Positions 51,682-62,639 are shown, counted from the stretch's first letter. The stretch: DNA of 64,000 nt from an uncultured Pseudomonadales bacterium (GCA_964406075.1 CAYOQI010000002.1:160565-224564), one strand, 5' to 3'. Made by a program: numbers and translations. The notes: a model not told the origin generated them from the sequence alone.

Positions 51682-53865
51682 TTATTCTTGTATCGACTCT
51701 AGACTCTGCAGATACCTTTGAACTGCTTCAATATTCACTTCTCTCGGTTTACTACCTTCCGCCGCACCGACAATGCCGGCTTCCTGCATCTCATCAAGAA
51801 TTCGTGCTGCCCGAGAGTACCCGACTTTCAAACGTCGTTGAATCAAAGAAGCTGAACCTTTGTCATGTTGTGAAATGACTCTGACCGCCTCGACAAACAG
51901 CTCATCTCGATCGCCACCTTCTCCAGTATTAAACCCAACTTTCCCACCAACTTTTGATACCTTGTATTTCGTGGTGATATCAGCTTCATAGGCTGCCTCC
52001 TGACCTTGCTCTCTTATAAAGTCCATCAACGCATGAGTCTCCTGATCAGAAACATAGGCCCCTTGGATACGCGACGGCTTAGACTGATCTGGTGGTATAT
52101 ACAACATATCTCCCCGACCAAGTAACTTTTCAGCACCAGGCATATCCAGCACCACACGTGAATCCATCATTGAAGATACGTTGAACGCAATACGAGTCGA
52201 GATATTTGCTTTGATCAAACCGGTAATCACGTCTACAGATGGACGTTGAGTTGCCAGTACGAGATGCATTCCTACCGCACGAGCCATTTGAGCAATTCGA
52301 GTAATACATTCTTCGACTTCTGCCGGGGCAAACAACATAATGTCAGCTAACTCATCAATAATGATGACGATGTATGGCATGGCTTGAAAACCAGCGAGTT
52401 CGTTGTACGAGGCAATATTTTTAACACCTACTTCAGCTAAAGTCTTGTATCGTCGATCCATTTCCGCAGTTGCCCATTTCAATGCTGATACCACCTTATC
52501 CGGCTCCACAATCACTGGAGTGAGAAGATGAGGAATATTGTTGTACCCGGTTAACTCCACACGTTTCGGATCGATCAAAATAAATTTAACTTCCTGAGGT
52601 GTAGCTCGAAATAAGATGCTACTAATAAAGACGTTTACACAAACTGATTTTCCGGAACCTGTTGCACCGGCAATAAGACAGTGAGGCATCGATGCGATAT
52701 CAACGATAAGTGGCTTTCCTGAAACGTCCAAACCAAGTGCCACAGCAAGTTTAGAACGATGTTTTCGCATTTGATCAGAAGAAAGAATTTTTTTGAGACC
52801 CACTACTTCAGCCGATCGATTTGGAATCTCAATACCAACCAGTGATCTCCCTGGAATTGGGGCTTCAATACGAATCTGCCCAGTTGGAGCAGCTAGTGCT
52901 AGAGCTAAGTCATTGGCGAGTGCAGTAATCTTTGTTAATTTTGTTCCTAAACTAATATTGAGTGCGTATTGGGTAACAGCGGGACCCCCATTTACTTCCA
53001 CCACATCCGCTTTTATTCCAAATGACCCTAGCGTGGCTTCGATAATATCAGCATTTTTCTTAATATCTCCCCGATCAGCTTTTGCTCCACTTTTTGTTGA
53101 TAAAAGAGAAATCGGTGGATACTCCCACACTTGATCTTGTCCAGGAGGATTAGCTAATACTTGCGCCGGTAGATCATCATCTTTTTTGCTCTGATCAATT
53201 GGAGCTTCTTTCTTTACCAAAGCAAATTCGGGTTCAGCCACCGGTTCTTTCTCAGCTGCTTTTTCATTCAACAATCCTCCAGTTTTCACTTTTCCTCCAC
53301 CCAACCCAAATGGAAGTAAACCTTTTCTCTCACCGTTTTCAGCTTCATCTTTTGCTAAAGCTGGATCTTTCGGTGAAGAAGCAAAGAGTTGAGCAAAAAA
53401 TGTTGCAATCTCATATAAACTCGTTTGTGTGATAATCAGATAGCCAGCTAACGCCACCACGCTAAACAAGAAATATGCCCCGACATCTTGAACCAGTAAA
53501 GAAACATTGAAAAATGTTTGCTCACCAATCTCACCGGACTGTAAAATTCCAAGGAAGCCAAGAAAAATTAGAATTCCCCCAAGCAAAGTGTGTGGACGCG
53601 CAAATTGCCAACTCAGTTGTGTGAAAATTAAACCCGCTGAGAAAAATAGGAACGGTAACATCAAAGTAACCGCTCCAAATTTATTGATGAAAATTCGATT
53701 AATGAAAACTAAGACACTTCCTTGTCCAGAGAAAGAAATGACAATCAGTCCACCGACAGCAAAGAACAGCAAGGCAGCCAAAGACATAATCGTTTCTGAA
53801 CGAATATTCAACTTTAACGGTGACTTTTTACGTCCCCTGCGTGAAGATTTACCAAACAATCCCAT
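51682..53865 (-). CDS. ftsK: DNA translocase FtsK/SpoIIIE
   Basis: N-terminal TM helices. Walker A is LIAGATGSGKS. The C-terminal gamma-domain wHTH is ISQHDKGSASLIQRRLKVGYSRAARILDEM. Confidence 0.95.
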   Translation of the reverse strand: MGLFGKSSRRGRKKSPLKLNIRSETIMSLAALLFFAVGGLIVISFSGQGSVLVFINRIFINKFGAVTLMLPFLFFSAGLIFTQLSWQFARPHTLLGGILIFLGFLGILQSGEIGEQTFFNVSLLVQDVGAYFLFSVVALAGYLIITQTSLYEIATFFAQLFASSPKDPALAKDEAENGERKGLLPFGLGGGKVKTGGLLNEKAAEKEPVAEPEFALVKKEAPIDQSKKDDDLPAQVLANPPGQDQVWEYPPISLLSTKSGAKADRGDIKKNADIIEATLGSFGIKADVVEVNGGPAVTQYALNISLGTKLTKITALANDLALALAAPTGQIRIEAPIPGRSLVGIEIPNRSAEVVGLKKILSSDQMRKHRSKLAVALGLDVSGKPLIVDIASMPHCLIAGATGSGKSVCVNVFISSILFRATPQEVKFILIDPKRVELTGYNNIPHLLTPVIVEPDKVVSALKWATAEMDRRYKTLAEVGVKNIASYNELAGFQAMPYIVIIIDELADIMLFAPAEVEECITRIAQMARAVGMHLVLATQRPSVDVITGLIKANISTRIAFNVSSMMDSRVVLDMPGAEKLLGRGDMLYIPPDQSKPSRIQGAYVSDQETHALMDFIREQGQEAAYEADITTKYKVSKVGGKVGFNTGEGGDRDELFVEAVRVISQHDKGSASLIQRRLKVGYSRAARILDEMQEAGIVGAAEGSKPREVNIEAVQRYLQSLESIQE

Positions 53866-53983
53866 AGAGAATCATTGTAACGCATGTTGAGGTAAGTTGT
53901 CAGTTACCTAGTTTTTCTTATATCAGTTATAGAAAATATTGAAGTGCTTTGAAAAGCATCCCCCACGTTGCTATGCTATATAC

Positions 53984-54805
53984 ATGACATCGCTTAACCA
54001 GCCTCCCCAGGAACAACTTCCTTTGCAAACACAAGAGTCTGTCGCACTCCAACCTGAAGCTATAGTGGAAAAACCTACCTCTCAGAAGAAAAGACTCATT
54101 ATCTTTGTTGTAACTTTTATTCTGTTATGTTTTGTACTTGTTGGTGTAACTGCAGCTAAATATGGGTTTTTTATCAAGCCAAAAAACTCAGAACCAGCTC
54201 CAACTCCTCTATCTCAATCAGACACTTCCACTACTTCTGCATCTCTTCAAGTTCCAACAACACCTACAGCTAAACCAAGTCCTACTCCAACTCAAACTGT
54301 AAAAACCATAAAATGTAATGAAAGTCCAAATTATGTAGTAATTGAAGTTGACAATGATGCTGTGGGAACTAAGTTTTTGATCAAATATAAAACATCAAGT
54401 GAGCAGAAGATCCCTTGTTCATATAACGTTGAAAACGATGATTTTGAATTCGAGACAAAATGGCGTGCAAGTTTTTGGGAATTCGCAGAGAATTTTATTC
54501 TCTTAGATTCCGGTACAGGACCTCCTCCTCGAGGAATGATAATTTACGATCTAGCCAAACGCCAAAAGGTATTCGAAGATTCGTACAACCTTTCTTGGAC
54601 TGAGGGAAGCGGCAGGGCGACACTTGTTGTTGATAACGCCATAGACTATTGGAGTCCCATTGATACGGAGGTAACTCCAGAAAATTGCCCAGAATATCAA
54701 GAATTTGAAGGTTTTGGAATTGAAATGGAAGCTTGGGTATCTTTAGATTTAGATACAATGAAGAAAAGCGAGCTCGGTGAATACAGATGCTCTCCCAGAC
54801 AATAA
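53984..54805 (+). CDS. Membrane-anchored hypothetical protein
   Basis: ATG 53984 is preferred over TTG 53939. One TM helix, a PT-rich linker and a globular C-terminal domain. Confidence 0.55.
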   Translation: MTSLNQPPQEQLPLQTQESVALQPEAIVEKPTSQKKRLIIFVVTFILLCFVLVGVTAAKYGFFIKPKNSEPAPTPLSQSDTSTTSASLQVPTTPTAKPSPTPTQTVKTIKCNESPNYVVIEVDNDAVGTKFLIKYKTSSEQKIPCSYNVENDDFEFETKWRASFWEFAENFILLDSGTGPPPRGMIIYDLAKRQKVFEDSYNLSWTEGSGRATLVVDNAIDYWSPIDTEVTPENCPEYQEFEGFGIEMEAWVSLDLDTMKKSELGEYRCSPRQ

Positions 54806-54830
54806 TCTCAACCTGCCCTGATACCTGAAT

Positions 54831-56492
54831 CTATCCCATTTCCATAAACACCGGCAAGACTAATGGAGTTCGGCCTGTGGCTTTATCGAGTTCTTTGGTG
54901 AGTTTTTTCTCTAATTTCTTCTTAATTTCTTCTCGAGATGCGTCTTGCTTGAGTGCTTCTTCCACAATATCTTTGATGAGCAATTTTATTTCCTCAATCA
55001 ACGGTTGAGCATCTTTCATGAACACGAAACCTCGAGAGATGATTTCAATTTTACTGAAATCAATTTGATCTTTGTAAGTTGGGAGTACCACGACAATCAT
55101 TCCATCTTGTGACATGACTTTTCGGTCTGCCAAGACAACGGTTCCAATATCGCCTACTCCTTTTCCATCAACCATGAGATCTCGAAGAATTAACTTTTCA
55201 CCTTTGTTGTAGACACCATTACTAAATTCCACAACTTGTCCGTCAGAGGGAAGAACGACTTCACTTGCCTTGTATCCCATATTTTCCGCTAAATCTTTAA
55301 AAAGATTTCGATGACGATTGGCACCACCAATTGGGAAAAGATATTGAGGACGCACCATCGCGATCAGCAACTGCTGTTCGGTGGCAGCCGCATGACCAGA
55401 AACGTGTAAATCATCAGCAATATCAGGATAGGAAACTTTCACTCCTGTTCGAGACAATTCATCAATTGCTCCATAAAAAGCTTGTTCATTTCCAGGGATC
55501 ACATCCGCTGAAAAAATGACTGCATCTGATTTTGAGATACGAAGTTGTGGATGTTCTCCAAAAATCGCTCGAATTAAAGATGAGCCTTCTTGTCCTTGGC
55601 TTCCCGCTACAAACAAACACAGCTTGTTATCAGCGTATTTTTCAATCTCTCTCTTTGACACAATTTCTTTTCGAGGAATATCAAGCTTTTTTAGTTGAAG
55701 AGCAATTTCCACATTTTGTTCGACTGATCGACCAATAAATGCAACTTTTCTACCCATTTCAATTGCAACATCAACCGCTTGTTGTACTCGATGAAGATGA
55801 GAACTCATCAAGGTGACGATCACTTTCCCTTTGACACCATACATTTCTCGCTCAAGCGCTTGACGGACAGTTGACTCTGATGCCGTAAAACCTGGACGCT
55901 CGACTCTCAAACAGTCCATCAACATACACATGACGCCTTCTTTTCCAACCGAGGTAATTCGATCGAAATCTGGCAAAATACCGTCAACTGGTGTTAAATC
56001 AATTTTGAAGTCAGTTCCATGATAAATATTTCCTTCTGGAGTTCGTATCAAGTAATGACGAGTATCTGGAACAGAGTGTGTCATGATCATTGCTTCAATC
56101 TCAAAAACTCCCAATCGGAAAGGAATTCTCTCCCGGACGACATTTACTGTTTTTTGCAAACCATGATCACCCATTCGTTGTTCAGCAAATGCTGCGGTCA
56201 GCGGTGAAGCGTAAATAGGAAAATCTGGGAGCTCAGGGATAATATATCCTGTGGCCGCAATATGATCATCATGTCCGTGAGTCAAAATCATACCGACAAT
56301 TTTTTTACCGGCTTCAACTTGCTCTTTCACGTACGTAATATCGGGAATCAGTAAATCAATTCCATGCATATTCAGTTCAGGAAAACCAATTCCACAATCT
56401 ACTAAGAGTATTTCATTGCCGTACTCATAGACATACATGTTTTTAGTAACATTTCCCATTCCGCCAAGTGGAATGATTCTTAATTTATTCAT
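54831..56492 (-). CDS. rnj: Ribonuclease J
   Basis: Metallo-beta-lactamase motif LTHGHDDH and beta-CASP architecture. The N-terminus is LRIIPLGGMGNVTKNMYVYEY. Confidence 0.92.
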   Translation of the reverse strand: MNKLRIIPLGGMGNVTKNMYVYEYGNEILLVDCGIGFPELNMHGIDLLIPDITYVKEQVEAGKKIVGMILTHGHDDHIAATGYIIPELPDFPIYASPLTAAFAEQRMGDHGLQKTVNVVRERIPFRLGVFEIEAMIMTHSVPDTRHYLIRTPEGNIYHGTDFKIDLTPVDGILPDFDRITSVGKEGVMCMLMDCLRVERPGFTASESTVRQALEREMYGVKGKVIVTLMSSHLHRVQQAVDVAIEMGRKVAFIGRSVEQNVEIALQLKKLDIPRKEIVSKREIEKYADNKLCLFVAGSQGQEGSSLIRAIFGEHPQLRISKSDAVIFSADVIPGNEQAFYGAIDELSRTGVKVSYPDIADDLHVSGHAAATEQQLLIAMVRPQYLFPIGGANRHRNLFKDLAENMGYKASEVVLPSDGQVVEFSNGVYNKGEKLILRDLMVDGKGVGDIGTVVLADRKVMSQDGMIVVVLPTYKDQIDFSKIEIISRGFVFMKDAQPLIEEIKLLIKDIVEEALKQDASREEIKKKLEKKLTKELDKATGRTPLVLPVFMEMG

Positions 56493-56509
56493 TTTTTCCT
56501 TTCAAACTG

Positions 56510-57310
56510 TCAAGACGACACAATAATATCTTTGACTGTCTTAATCTTTTTAAAATTCAATCGAAATGGTAGGCGACCTCGTTCTCGTTTTTGTTCGCTA
56601 AACAACGAAAGTGCCACCATACTCACTATCACTGATAACACACACCAATACACAATATAGAGTGAGTTAAAGCTCGGTGCTAGGATGATATACCCAAGTG
56701 CGAGAACAAGAAAGGACAATCCCAAAAAAAATTTGATCAGTTTCAAAAAATGTGCACTTTCCGACTGATAGAGATAGAGACTAATGTGTGCCAACATGCC
56801 AGCAATCAACGAGCAGAGTAAGATACCATAAAACGTTGATTTAGTAAAAATTTGAGTGTCCGTTGCAAAAGGAAAAATTAAGTTCGCAAATCCTAACAAC
56901 ACTCCGAACAAGATTGTTCCTAAGTAAATTCCGTAATGAGAAAAATCCATGTGGAAAAACTCTGATTTAGCAAAAAATTCGTAAACATCATCTTTTTTTT
57001 CAGTCGAAATATACAGACTTTTGGTCAAAGAATGAATCACCACAAATGCATAAATGTATAAGAAAAACACGCTAAACAGCGTATCGATTGTCAGATACTC
57101 ACCCACACTTAAGCGAAGATTCAACTCATCCCTCAGCAGGAAAAATAAAAAGTTTTTCATCCACACAAACGCTACGGGGCCCATAATGAATGTGTACAAA
57201 AATTGTGTCATGTCCATCCGAAAAATTTCTCTTCGCCCATTAAACCGATACATGACGAGAGAACTGACAACGATGAGTAATGGTAAAACGCCAAGGATGA
57301 TGGGTACCAT
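56510..57310 (-). CDS. Polytopic membrane protein
   Basis: 266 aa, ~8 TM helices, no recognised family. Confidence 0.55.
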   Translation of the reverse strand: MVPIILGVLPLLIVVSSLVMYRFNGRREIFRMDMTQFLYTFIMGPVAFVWMKNFLFFLLRDELNLRLSVGEYLTIDTLFSVFFLYIYAFVVIHSLTKSLYISTEKKDDVYEFFAKSEFFHMDFSHYGIYLGTILFGVLLGFANLIFPFATDTQIFTKSTFYGILLCSLIAGMLAHISLYLYQSESAHFLKLIKFFLGLSFLVLALGYIILAPSFNSLYIVYWCVLSVIVSMVALSLFSEQKRERGRLPFRLNFKKIKTVKDIIVSS

Positions 57311-57315
57311 GATAT

Positions 57316-58377
57316 TTAATATTGAGGTAAAAAGTAGGAGACATTATCCGCAGTAATAACAACCTGCGTCACTTTATCTTCCACTATTTTGCGAGCAGTC
57401 TTTCGAACTGCCCCCTGCAGAGTTCGTTGCAAGGTACGGATTCCAGCATCGTATCCCAACGGACGAACCATTTTCTCCCAAACACTGTCATCAATAACAA
57501 GCTGTTGAGCGGTCAAACCAGCTTCTTCAAATAATTTTGGCATGATATAGTTTTTCGCAATCACAATCTTTTGCTCATCTGTATATGACGGCATCGTAAT
57601 TTGTTCGAGACGATCATACACAGCAGTGGCAATATGCCGAGTGTTATTCGCTGTCGCCAGAAAAATTACTTCTGATAAATCAAATGGATGGTCGAGATAA
57701 TGATCTGTGAACGCATAGTTTTGACCTGGATCTAACAGCTCAACTAACGTACCCATGATATCGTTGCGTGCTTCTTCGGCTACACGATCAATTTCGTCCA
57801 GCAACATAATCGGATTTCTGGTTCCCGCTTCACGTAAGCCTTTTATAACATAGCCTGGTTCGGCTTCTAAATGTAAACGTGACTGTCCTCTAAGATCCCG
57901 AGCTGATCCCATACCACCAAAAGGGATTCTAATAATTTTTCGATTCAACGCGTCCGCCAAGGAATATGCAAAAGTGGTTTTTCCGGTACCGACCAACCCA
58001 ACCAGCAACAGGATTGGGGCTTTAATCACCGGATTTGCTGAAGTCTGGCTTTTTAATTTCAGTACAGAAACATACTCTAAAAATCGGTCCTTCACTTCTT
58101 GCATACCATAGTGGTGTTGATCAAAAATTTCTTTTGTTCGCTGTATGTCCAAAACGTCTTCACTTTTTTTATTCCAAGGTAAATCCACAACCCAATCGAT
58201 ATACTTTGACACTCTTTCATACTTTTCATCATAATTTCCAAGTTGAGCACTTCGGGACAATCGATTCAGTTCTTTATCGATTCGTAACCGCATCTCATCT
58301 GGCACTTCAGCTTCCACAATTTTTTTGCGAAGCTCGTCAAGTTCAGTCGTCAGTAAACTTTGTAGTGAATTATCCAT
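57316..58377 (-). CDS. Lon-like AAA+ ATPase lacking the LON N-domain and the S16 protease domain
   Basis: YIDWVVDLPW, HYGMQEVKDRFLEY, Walker A GLVGTGKT and Walker B MLLDEIDR match the central part of Lon. The ORF ends after the AAA+ lid. Confidence 0.75.
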   Translation of the reverse strand: MDNSLQSLLTTELDELRKKIVEAEVPDEMRLRIDKELNRLSRSAQLGNYDEKYERVSKYIDWVVDLPWNKKSEDVLDIQRTKEIFDQHHYGMQEVKDRFLEYVSVLKLKSQTSANPVIKAPILLLVGLVGTGKTTFAYSLADALNRKIIRIPFGGMGSARDLRGQSRLHLEAEPGYVIKGLREAGTRNPIMLLDEIDRVAEEARNDIMGTLVELLDPGQNYAFTDHYLDHPFDLSEVIFLATANNTRHIATAVYDRLEQITMPSYTDEQKIVIAKNYIMPKLFEEAGLTAQQLVIDDSVWEKMVRPLGYDAGIRTLQRTLQGAVRKTARKIVEDKVTQVVITADNVSYFLPQY

Positions 58378-58396
58378 ACTTTATAAATACAACGAG

Positions 58397-59317
58397 TTAC
58401 TTTTCTATTTGTTCACGCGTTAATAACCCTTTTTTTGATCCTAAATATTGGACCACACTCGCCGCATTCTTCTTTCCCCATTCTACACAATCTGGCAATG
58501 AATTTCCCAGTACCATTGATGAGAGAAAACCAGAAGCAAAACTATCCCCAGCACCGGTTTCTTCAACGGTTTTAACATCAAGAGAGGTATAAGTGTGCTC
58601 TACTTTTCCATTTACTAAAACTTCCCCACCTTTTTTCCCATCGGTGACAACCACCAATGAAAGTTGATCTGCCAAACGAGCATGCAGAGTTTCTAATGAC
58701 ATCCATTCTTCTTTATTTAAAATTAACACATCAACTTGAAGATATTCTGGACCTAGTTGGTTTGAAGTAAAAACTTTGAGATCAGTCGTTGATGGTGTCC
58801 ATGAAATTCCGATGTCATGTCTCTGAGTAAAATCCATTAAATCGAAAATGAGTTGTTTATTTCCACCCAAGCTTCCCAGATGAATCCAGCGAGTGTCTTC
58901 AAGATCTTCCCAAGGGATATCTCGGCTTTCCAACTGATACGCTGCCCCACGATGTGTAATCGCAGAACGTCCTCCATCTTGAGCAATAAGAATCACTGAT
59001 ACCGCTGTATCTTCCAGTCGTTCGGCAATTAAAAAACGAGTTTCAACGTTATCTTTCTGCAAATCACTCCAAATAAGTTGAGAAGCAAAATCTTTCCCAA
59101 TTTCACACACAGCGGCACTTTTTAAACCAAGTCTTGAACTTCCGACCGCAACATTGGTTGCTCCGCCCCCACTGGTCATTAAAAACTCTTCTGCATCCAT
59201 CTTGCCACCATAGGTCTGACACAAAGAAATCCCTTTTTCATGTGGTTCTAAACTGAAGTGCGAAGACTTTACTAAAATGTCTAAAGTTGCACTTCCAATA
59301 GTAATGATGTCAAACAT
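58397..59317 (-). CDS. PfkB-family carbohydrate kinase
   Basis: GGGATNVAV and VEETGAGDSFASGF motifs. Confidence 0.85.
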   Translation of the reverse strand: MFDIITIGSATLDILVKSSHFSLEPHEKGISLCQTYGGKMDAEEFLMTSGGGATNVAVGSSRLGLKSAAVCEIGKDFASQLIWSDLQKDNVETRFLIAERLEDTAVSVILIAQDGGRSAITHRGAAYQLESRDIPWEDLEDTRWIHLGSLGGNKQLIFDLMDFTQRHDIGISWTPSTTDLKVFTSNQLGPEYLQVDVLILNKEEWMSLETLHARLADQLSLVVVTDGKKGGEVLVNGKVEHTYTSLDVKTVEETGAGDSFASGFLSSMVLGNSLPDCVEWGKKNAASVVQYLGSKKGLLTREQIEK

Positions 59318-59329
59318 AGGGCAGCCTTT

Positions 59330-59956
59330 TCAAGTTGTTTTTTTAGCCAATCTCATTGCGAGTTCTTGCTCAAATCGTTCAAAAGCAGGAATCAACTCAT
59401 CTTCATTTTTTACAATTTCAAACACTTGCATTTCTTTAGGACCAATATAGAAATTATCGGTAATCACTTTCACAACATCATGCCAAAACTCACCATATAG
59501 GATGAAGGGCTTGTGTTTGCCGTAGTAAATGTGTGCCATCAACCAAGCAGTTGCCCACTCACTGAGAGTTCCAGTTCCACCTTTAAAGATGATGAACGCA
59601 TCTGCATGTTCGAGTAATCCAAACATTCGTTCCACATAATTCTTTGTTTTTATTTCAATATCTGCATGATTTTGATCAAATCGACCTTCAAATTCAGGAG
59701 CATCTAGCGGATCAGGATTAAAGGTAACAACTAACGTTTGCCCCCCTCCAGCTTCAGCTCCTTGAGTTGAGGCTTGCATCACTCCAGGACCACCACCATT
59801 GATGATGACTTTTTCATGATAAGCAAGATAACGGGCCACGTTAAAAACTTCCTGATACAACGGATCTTTCTCATCAATATCCGCAGATCCAAACATGGCT
59901 ACATGTTTGATTGCTGAGTGTTCCTTCGGTGCTGGGATTTGAACTTGTGTTCGCAT
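59330..59956 (-). CDS. LOG-family (TIGR00730) protein
   Basis: NGGGPGVMQA and FKGGTGTLSE motifs. Confidence 0.8.
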   Translation of the reverse strand: MRTQVQIPAPKEHSAIKHVAMFGSADIDEKDPLYQEVFNVARYLAYHEKVIINGGGPGVMQASTQGAEAGGGQTLVVTFNPDPLDAPEFEGRFDQNHADIEIKTKNYVERMFGLLEHADAFIIFKGGTGTLSEWATAWLMAHIYYGKHKPFILYGEFWHDVVKVITDNFYIGPKEMQVFEIVKNEDELIPAFERFEQELAMRLAKKTT

Positions 59957-60048
59957 AGTATCCTTCCATTAAATCAAATTTCATCTATGTTGTCAGATGA
60001 GTATAGAGTAAGAAAACGAAAAAGATAAATTAAAATTTACAAAAGAAG

Positions 60049-60723
60049 TTAGTCTGCCAGATCTTCTAAGTTTTTATATGCAGAGATCATGTTGTCACTT
60101 TTTATTAATGCACTGCCAACTACGACACTATCTGCTCCAGCATTCACAACAGCTCGAATCGTTGCTTCATTTACTCCACCATCAACAATAATTTCTAAAT
60201 CACTCAAGCCTTTTTGTCGCTTTATTTCTGATACTTCTCGTAATTTTTCGATTACTAAAGCTGTTTTCATTTCTCTACCTTGAAACCCTGCTTCAATACC
60301 CATCAGTAATAATACCTTCATTTCCTTCCAACTTTCTTCTTCAATCGCTTCAACAGGAGTATACAGATCTAAAGATAATCCTGGCATTCGTTCATTTTTA
60401 TTTATATCTTCCAAAAAATGAGCTTGCTTTGACATGTGTTCAACTTGAGCAATAATCGCTCTGGTATTTTGAATTGCAAGGCATTCTGACAGGTAGTCCT
60501 CTGGTTGGTTCACCATCAAGTGAAAATCAAAGAAAAAATCCTCGGACACAAACTCTAGAATATCCAAAGGCGTGAGTGTGAAATTGTCAGCAAACTCACC
60601 ATCGATGATATCGATATGAATAGTTTGAACTGACTCAGGTAGTTGGGCAAAATCAGCTAATTCCTCCTGAAAAGTGGTCAATGAATCAGTCAATATTGCG
60701 GGATAAATATTAGTGTTGCTCAT
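60049..60723 (-). CDS. rpe: Ribulose-phosphate 3-epimerase-like protein (divergent)
   Basis: IHIDIIDGEFADNFT, FHLMV and IVDGGV. Confidence 0.7.
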   Translation of the reverse strand: MSNTNIYPAILTDSLTTFQEELADFAQLPESVQTIHIDIIDGEFADNFTLTPLDILEFVSEDFFFDFHLMVNQPEDYLSECLAIQNTRAIIAQVEHMSKQAHFLEDINKNERMPGLSLDLYTPVEAIEEESWKEMKVLLLMGIEAGFQGREMKTALVIEKLREVSEIKRQKGLSDLEIIVDGGVNEATIRAVVNAGADSVVVGSALIKSDNMISAYKNLEDLAD

Positions 60724-61174
60724 AGGCGTGAATTTTTTCTAATCTTCGAGAGTGTCTTTCTTCTCCGAGAAATGTCGTGTTCAGAAAGTTCTCAATTATT
60801 AATTTTGTTTCTTGAGGGTTCATCCAGTCTGCACCCAAACAAATAATGTTGGCATTGTTATTCGTTTTGGCATGAATTGCGCTGGTCAAATCAAAAACAT
60901 CCACCGCTCGAATGTTTGGTAATTTATTGGCCGCAATCGCCATGCCACTTCCGGAACGACAAAATAATATTCCAATATCTTCGGGATGGGAAGAAACACT
61001 TTCAGCTACTTTGAAAGCAAAATCTGGATAATCATCATTTGGATCAAGAGTATGTGCGCCACAATCTTCAACTTCATATTTTTTTTCAATTAACCACTGT
61101 TTGACTACTTCTTTTAAATCAAACCCACCGTGATCTGCACCAAGATAAATTTTCATAATTTCCTTTTTTGTCAC
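60710..61174 (-). CDS. rpiB: Ribose-5-phosphate isomerase B
   Basis: IYLGADHGGFDLK...GILFCRSGSGMAIAANK. Confidence 0.9.
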   Translation of the reverse strand: MTKKEIMKIYLGADHGGFDLKEVVKQWLIEKKYEVEDCGAHTLDPNDDYPDFAFKVAESVSSHPEDIGILFCRSGSGMAIAANKLPNIRAVDVFDLTSAIHAKTNNNANIICLGADWMNPQETKLIIENFLNTTFLGEERHSRRLEKIHAYEQH

Positions 61175-61269
61175 CCAAAAATGATTCGCAGTGTAAACAT
61201 TTTATAAAAAAATTGTCTAATCGAGAATATGCTTGGTTCTATTTATATATCAAAAATCAAAATTGTTAA

Positions 61270-61587
61270 TTAGAATCCTAATTCAGCTCGTGCTTCTTCC
61301 GTCATTGCATCAATTGTCCAAGGTGGATCAAAGGTAATCTCTACATCTACATCTTTATCTACATTCAAGTCTTCTAATCCATACAAGGAATCCTTTATCA
61401 TCCGTTGAATTGTTCCCGCTAAAGGGCAACCTGGCGTCGTTAAGGTCATTAAGACATGAACAGCTTTTCCACCCTCTTTTTCACTCACAGTAGCACGATA
61501 AATCAAACCTAAATCTACTATATTAATATGAAGTTCAGGATCGATGACATCTTTTAAACGAATCATAACGTCTTTATCAGTCCACAT
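61270..61587 (-). CDS. DUF59 (MIP18/SufT-like) Fe-S cluster assembly factor
   Basis: LKDVIDPELHINIVDLGLIY...TLTTPGCP. ATG 61587 is preferred over 61689. Confidence 0.8.
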   Translation of the reverse strand: MWTDKDVMIRLKDVIDPELHINIVDLGLIYRATVSEKEGGKAVHVLMTLTTPGCPLAGTIQRMIKDSLYGLEDLNVDKDVDVEITFDPPWTIDAMTEEARAELGF

Positions 61588-61672
61588 CAGGTGATTGTAA
61601 CATGCAAAGTATCCAGTTGAACCAAAAACCCCCAGACTTGCTGGGGGTTCTTTTTCATTTTCTTTAAAAAAA

Positions 61673-61894
61673 TTATGCTGCTGGAACACTTTTCTTCAGC
61701 ACTGGCATACCAGTTCGTTCGGTTTCAACAACCATGTATCCTGCTGGAACGTCTTGAAGAGCTCCATCTCGAACATCTCGAGCAAAGAAGTAAATGCGTT
61801 GAACTCGTCCATTCTTTAAAGTAACTTCCCTGGTGTGCAGGTAGTAGGTTTGACCTTTAGAATTTGTATATGCGTATGCAGCTTGATCTGCCAT
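61673..61894 (-). CDS. Small hypothetical protein
   Basis: 73-aa ORF with RBS AAGGAGG upstream. Confidence 0.5.
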   Translation of the reverse strand: MADQAAYAYTNSKGQTYYLHTREVTLKNGRVQRIYFFARDVRDGALQDVPAGYMVVETERTGMPVLKKSVPAA

Positions 61895-62088
61895 ACTGCC
61901 TCCTTTTAATTCCCTTGCGGGAAAGATAATTATGTCTACAGCTTGATCATAGTATCACACTCGAGGGTCCCTTCAAGTGTGTATTTTGAGCAATTTTTGG
62001 TGTACGTCTTTTTCAAAACTTTTACGTACTAGCTGATAGGAATTTTAATAAAGTTACTTAATAAATTTGTCTCTAGCCGATATTTAGT

Positions 62089-62601
62089 TTAGAGATCTAA
62101 ATTTCCTTCTAACACTATTTCTTCAATTTGAGCATCATCTTGTTTCTCTTTTGAGACGATTACTTTCACTTGCTCAAACTCGGATGAAATAGCTCCATCA
62201 ATCACATAGCCAGCTTTCTCTCGTACCAACCTCATCGCTTTCTTTGGACCTTTTTCACCTTCAAACCATACTTGATAAAACCCATCTGTGGCTTTTAATT
62301 CTGGTAATTGAGTAGTCAATGTAAACGGAGTTCGACCGGTAGAAACAATTTTTTCTCCAACTCGAATTTCTCCCTTTCCAGTCACAGTTGATGATTCAGG
62401 TATAGATAATGTCGTTGTTTCTGCATCTTCAATTCCCATGCTTGATTGCTCTTCTCCAGTCAAATCAGAAATTTCGATTCCCTCAGCGGATAATGGGATC
62501 TGTCCATTTTGGGCATCCCGAGCATTTAACCAACGTATCCCGACAACGGCCAGCAAAAGCAAACCTGCAATCGGAAGAAGGTATGACAATGATTTATTCA
62601 T
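62089..62601 (-). CDS. Membrane-anchored hypothetical protein
   Basis: 170 aa with an N-terminal TM helix. Confidence 0.55.
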   Translation of the reverse strand: MNKSLSYLLPIAGLLLLAVVGIRWLNARDAQNGQIPLSAEGIEISDLTGEEQSSMGIEDAETTTLSIPESSTVTGKGEIRVGEKIVSTGRTPFTLTTQLPELKATDGFYQVWFEGEKGPKKAMRLVREKAGYVIDGAISSEFEQVKVIVSKEKQDDAQIEEIVLEGNLDL

Positions 62602-62639
62602 AATGTTCTCTTTCTGTTCGGACGAAGTAGCTTTCCATA

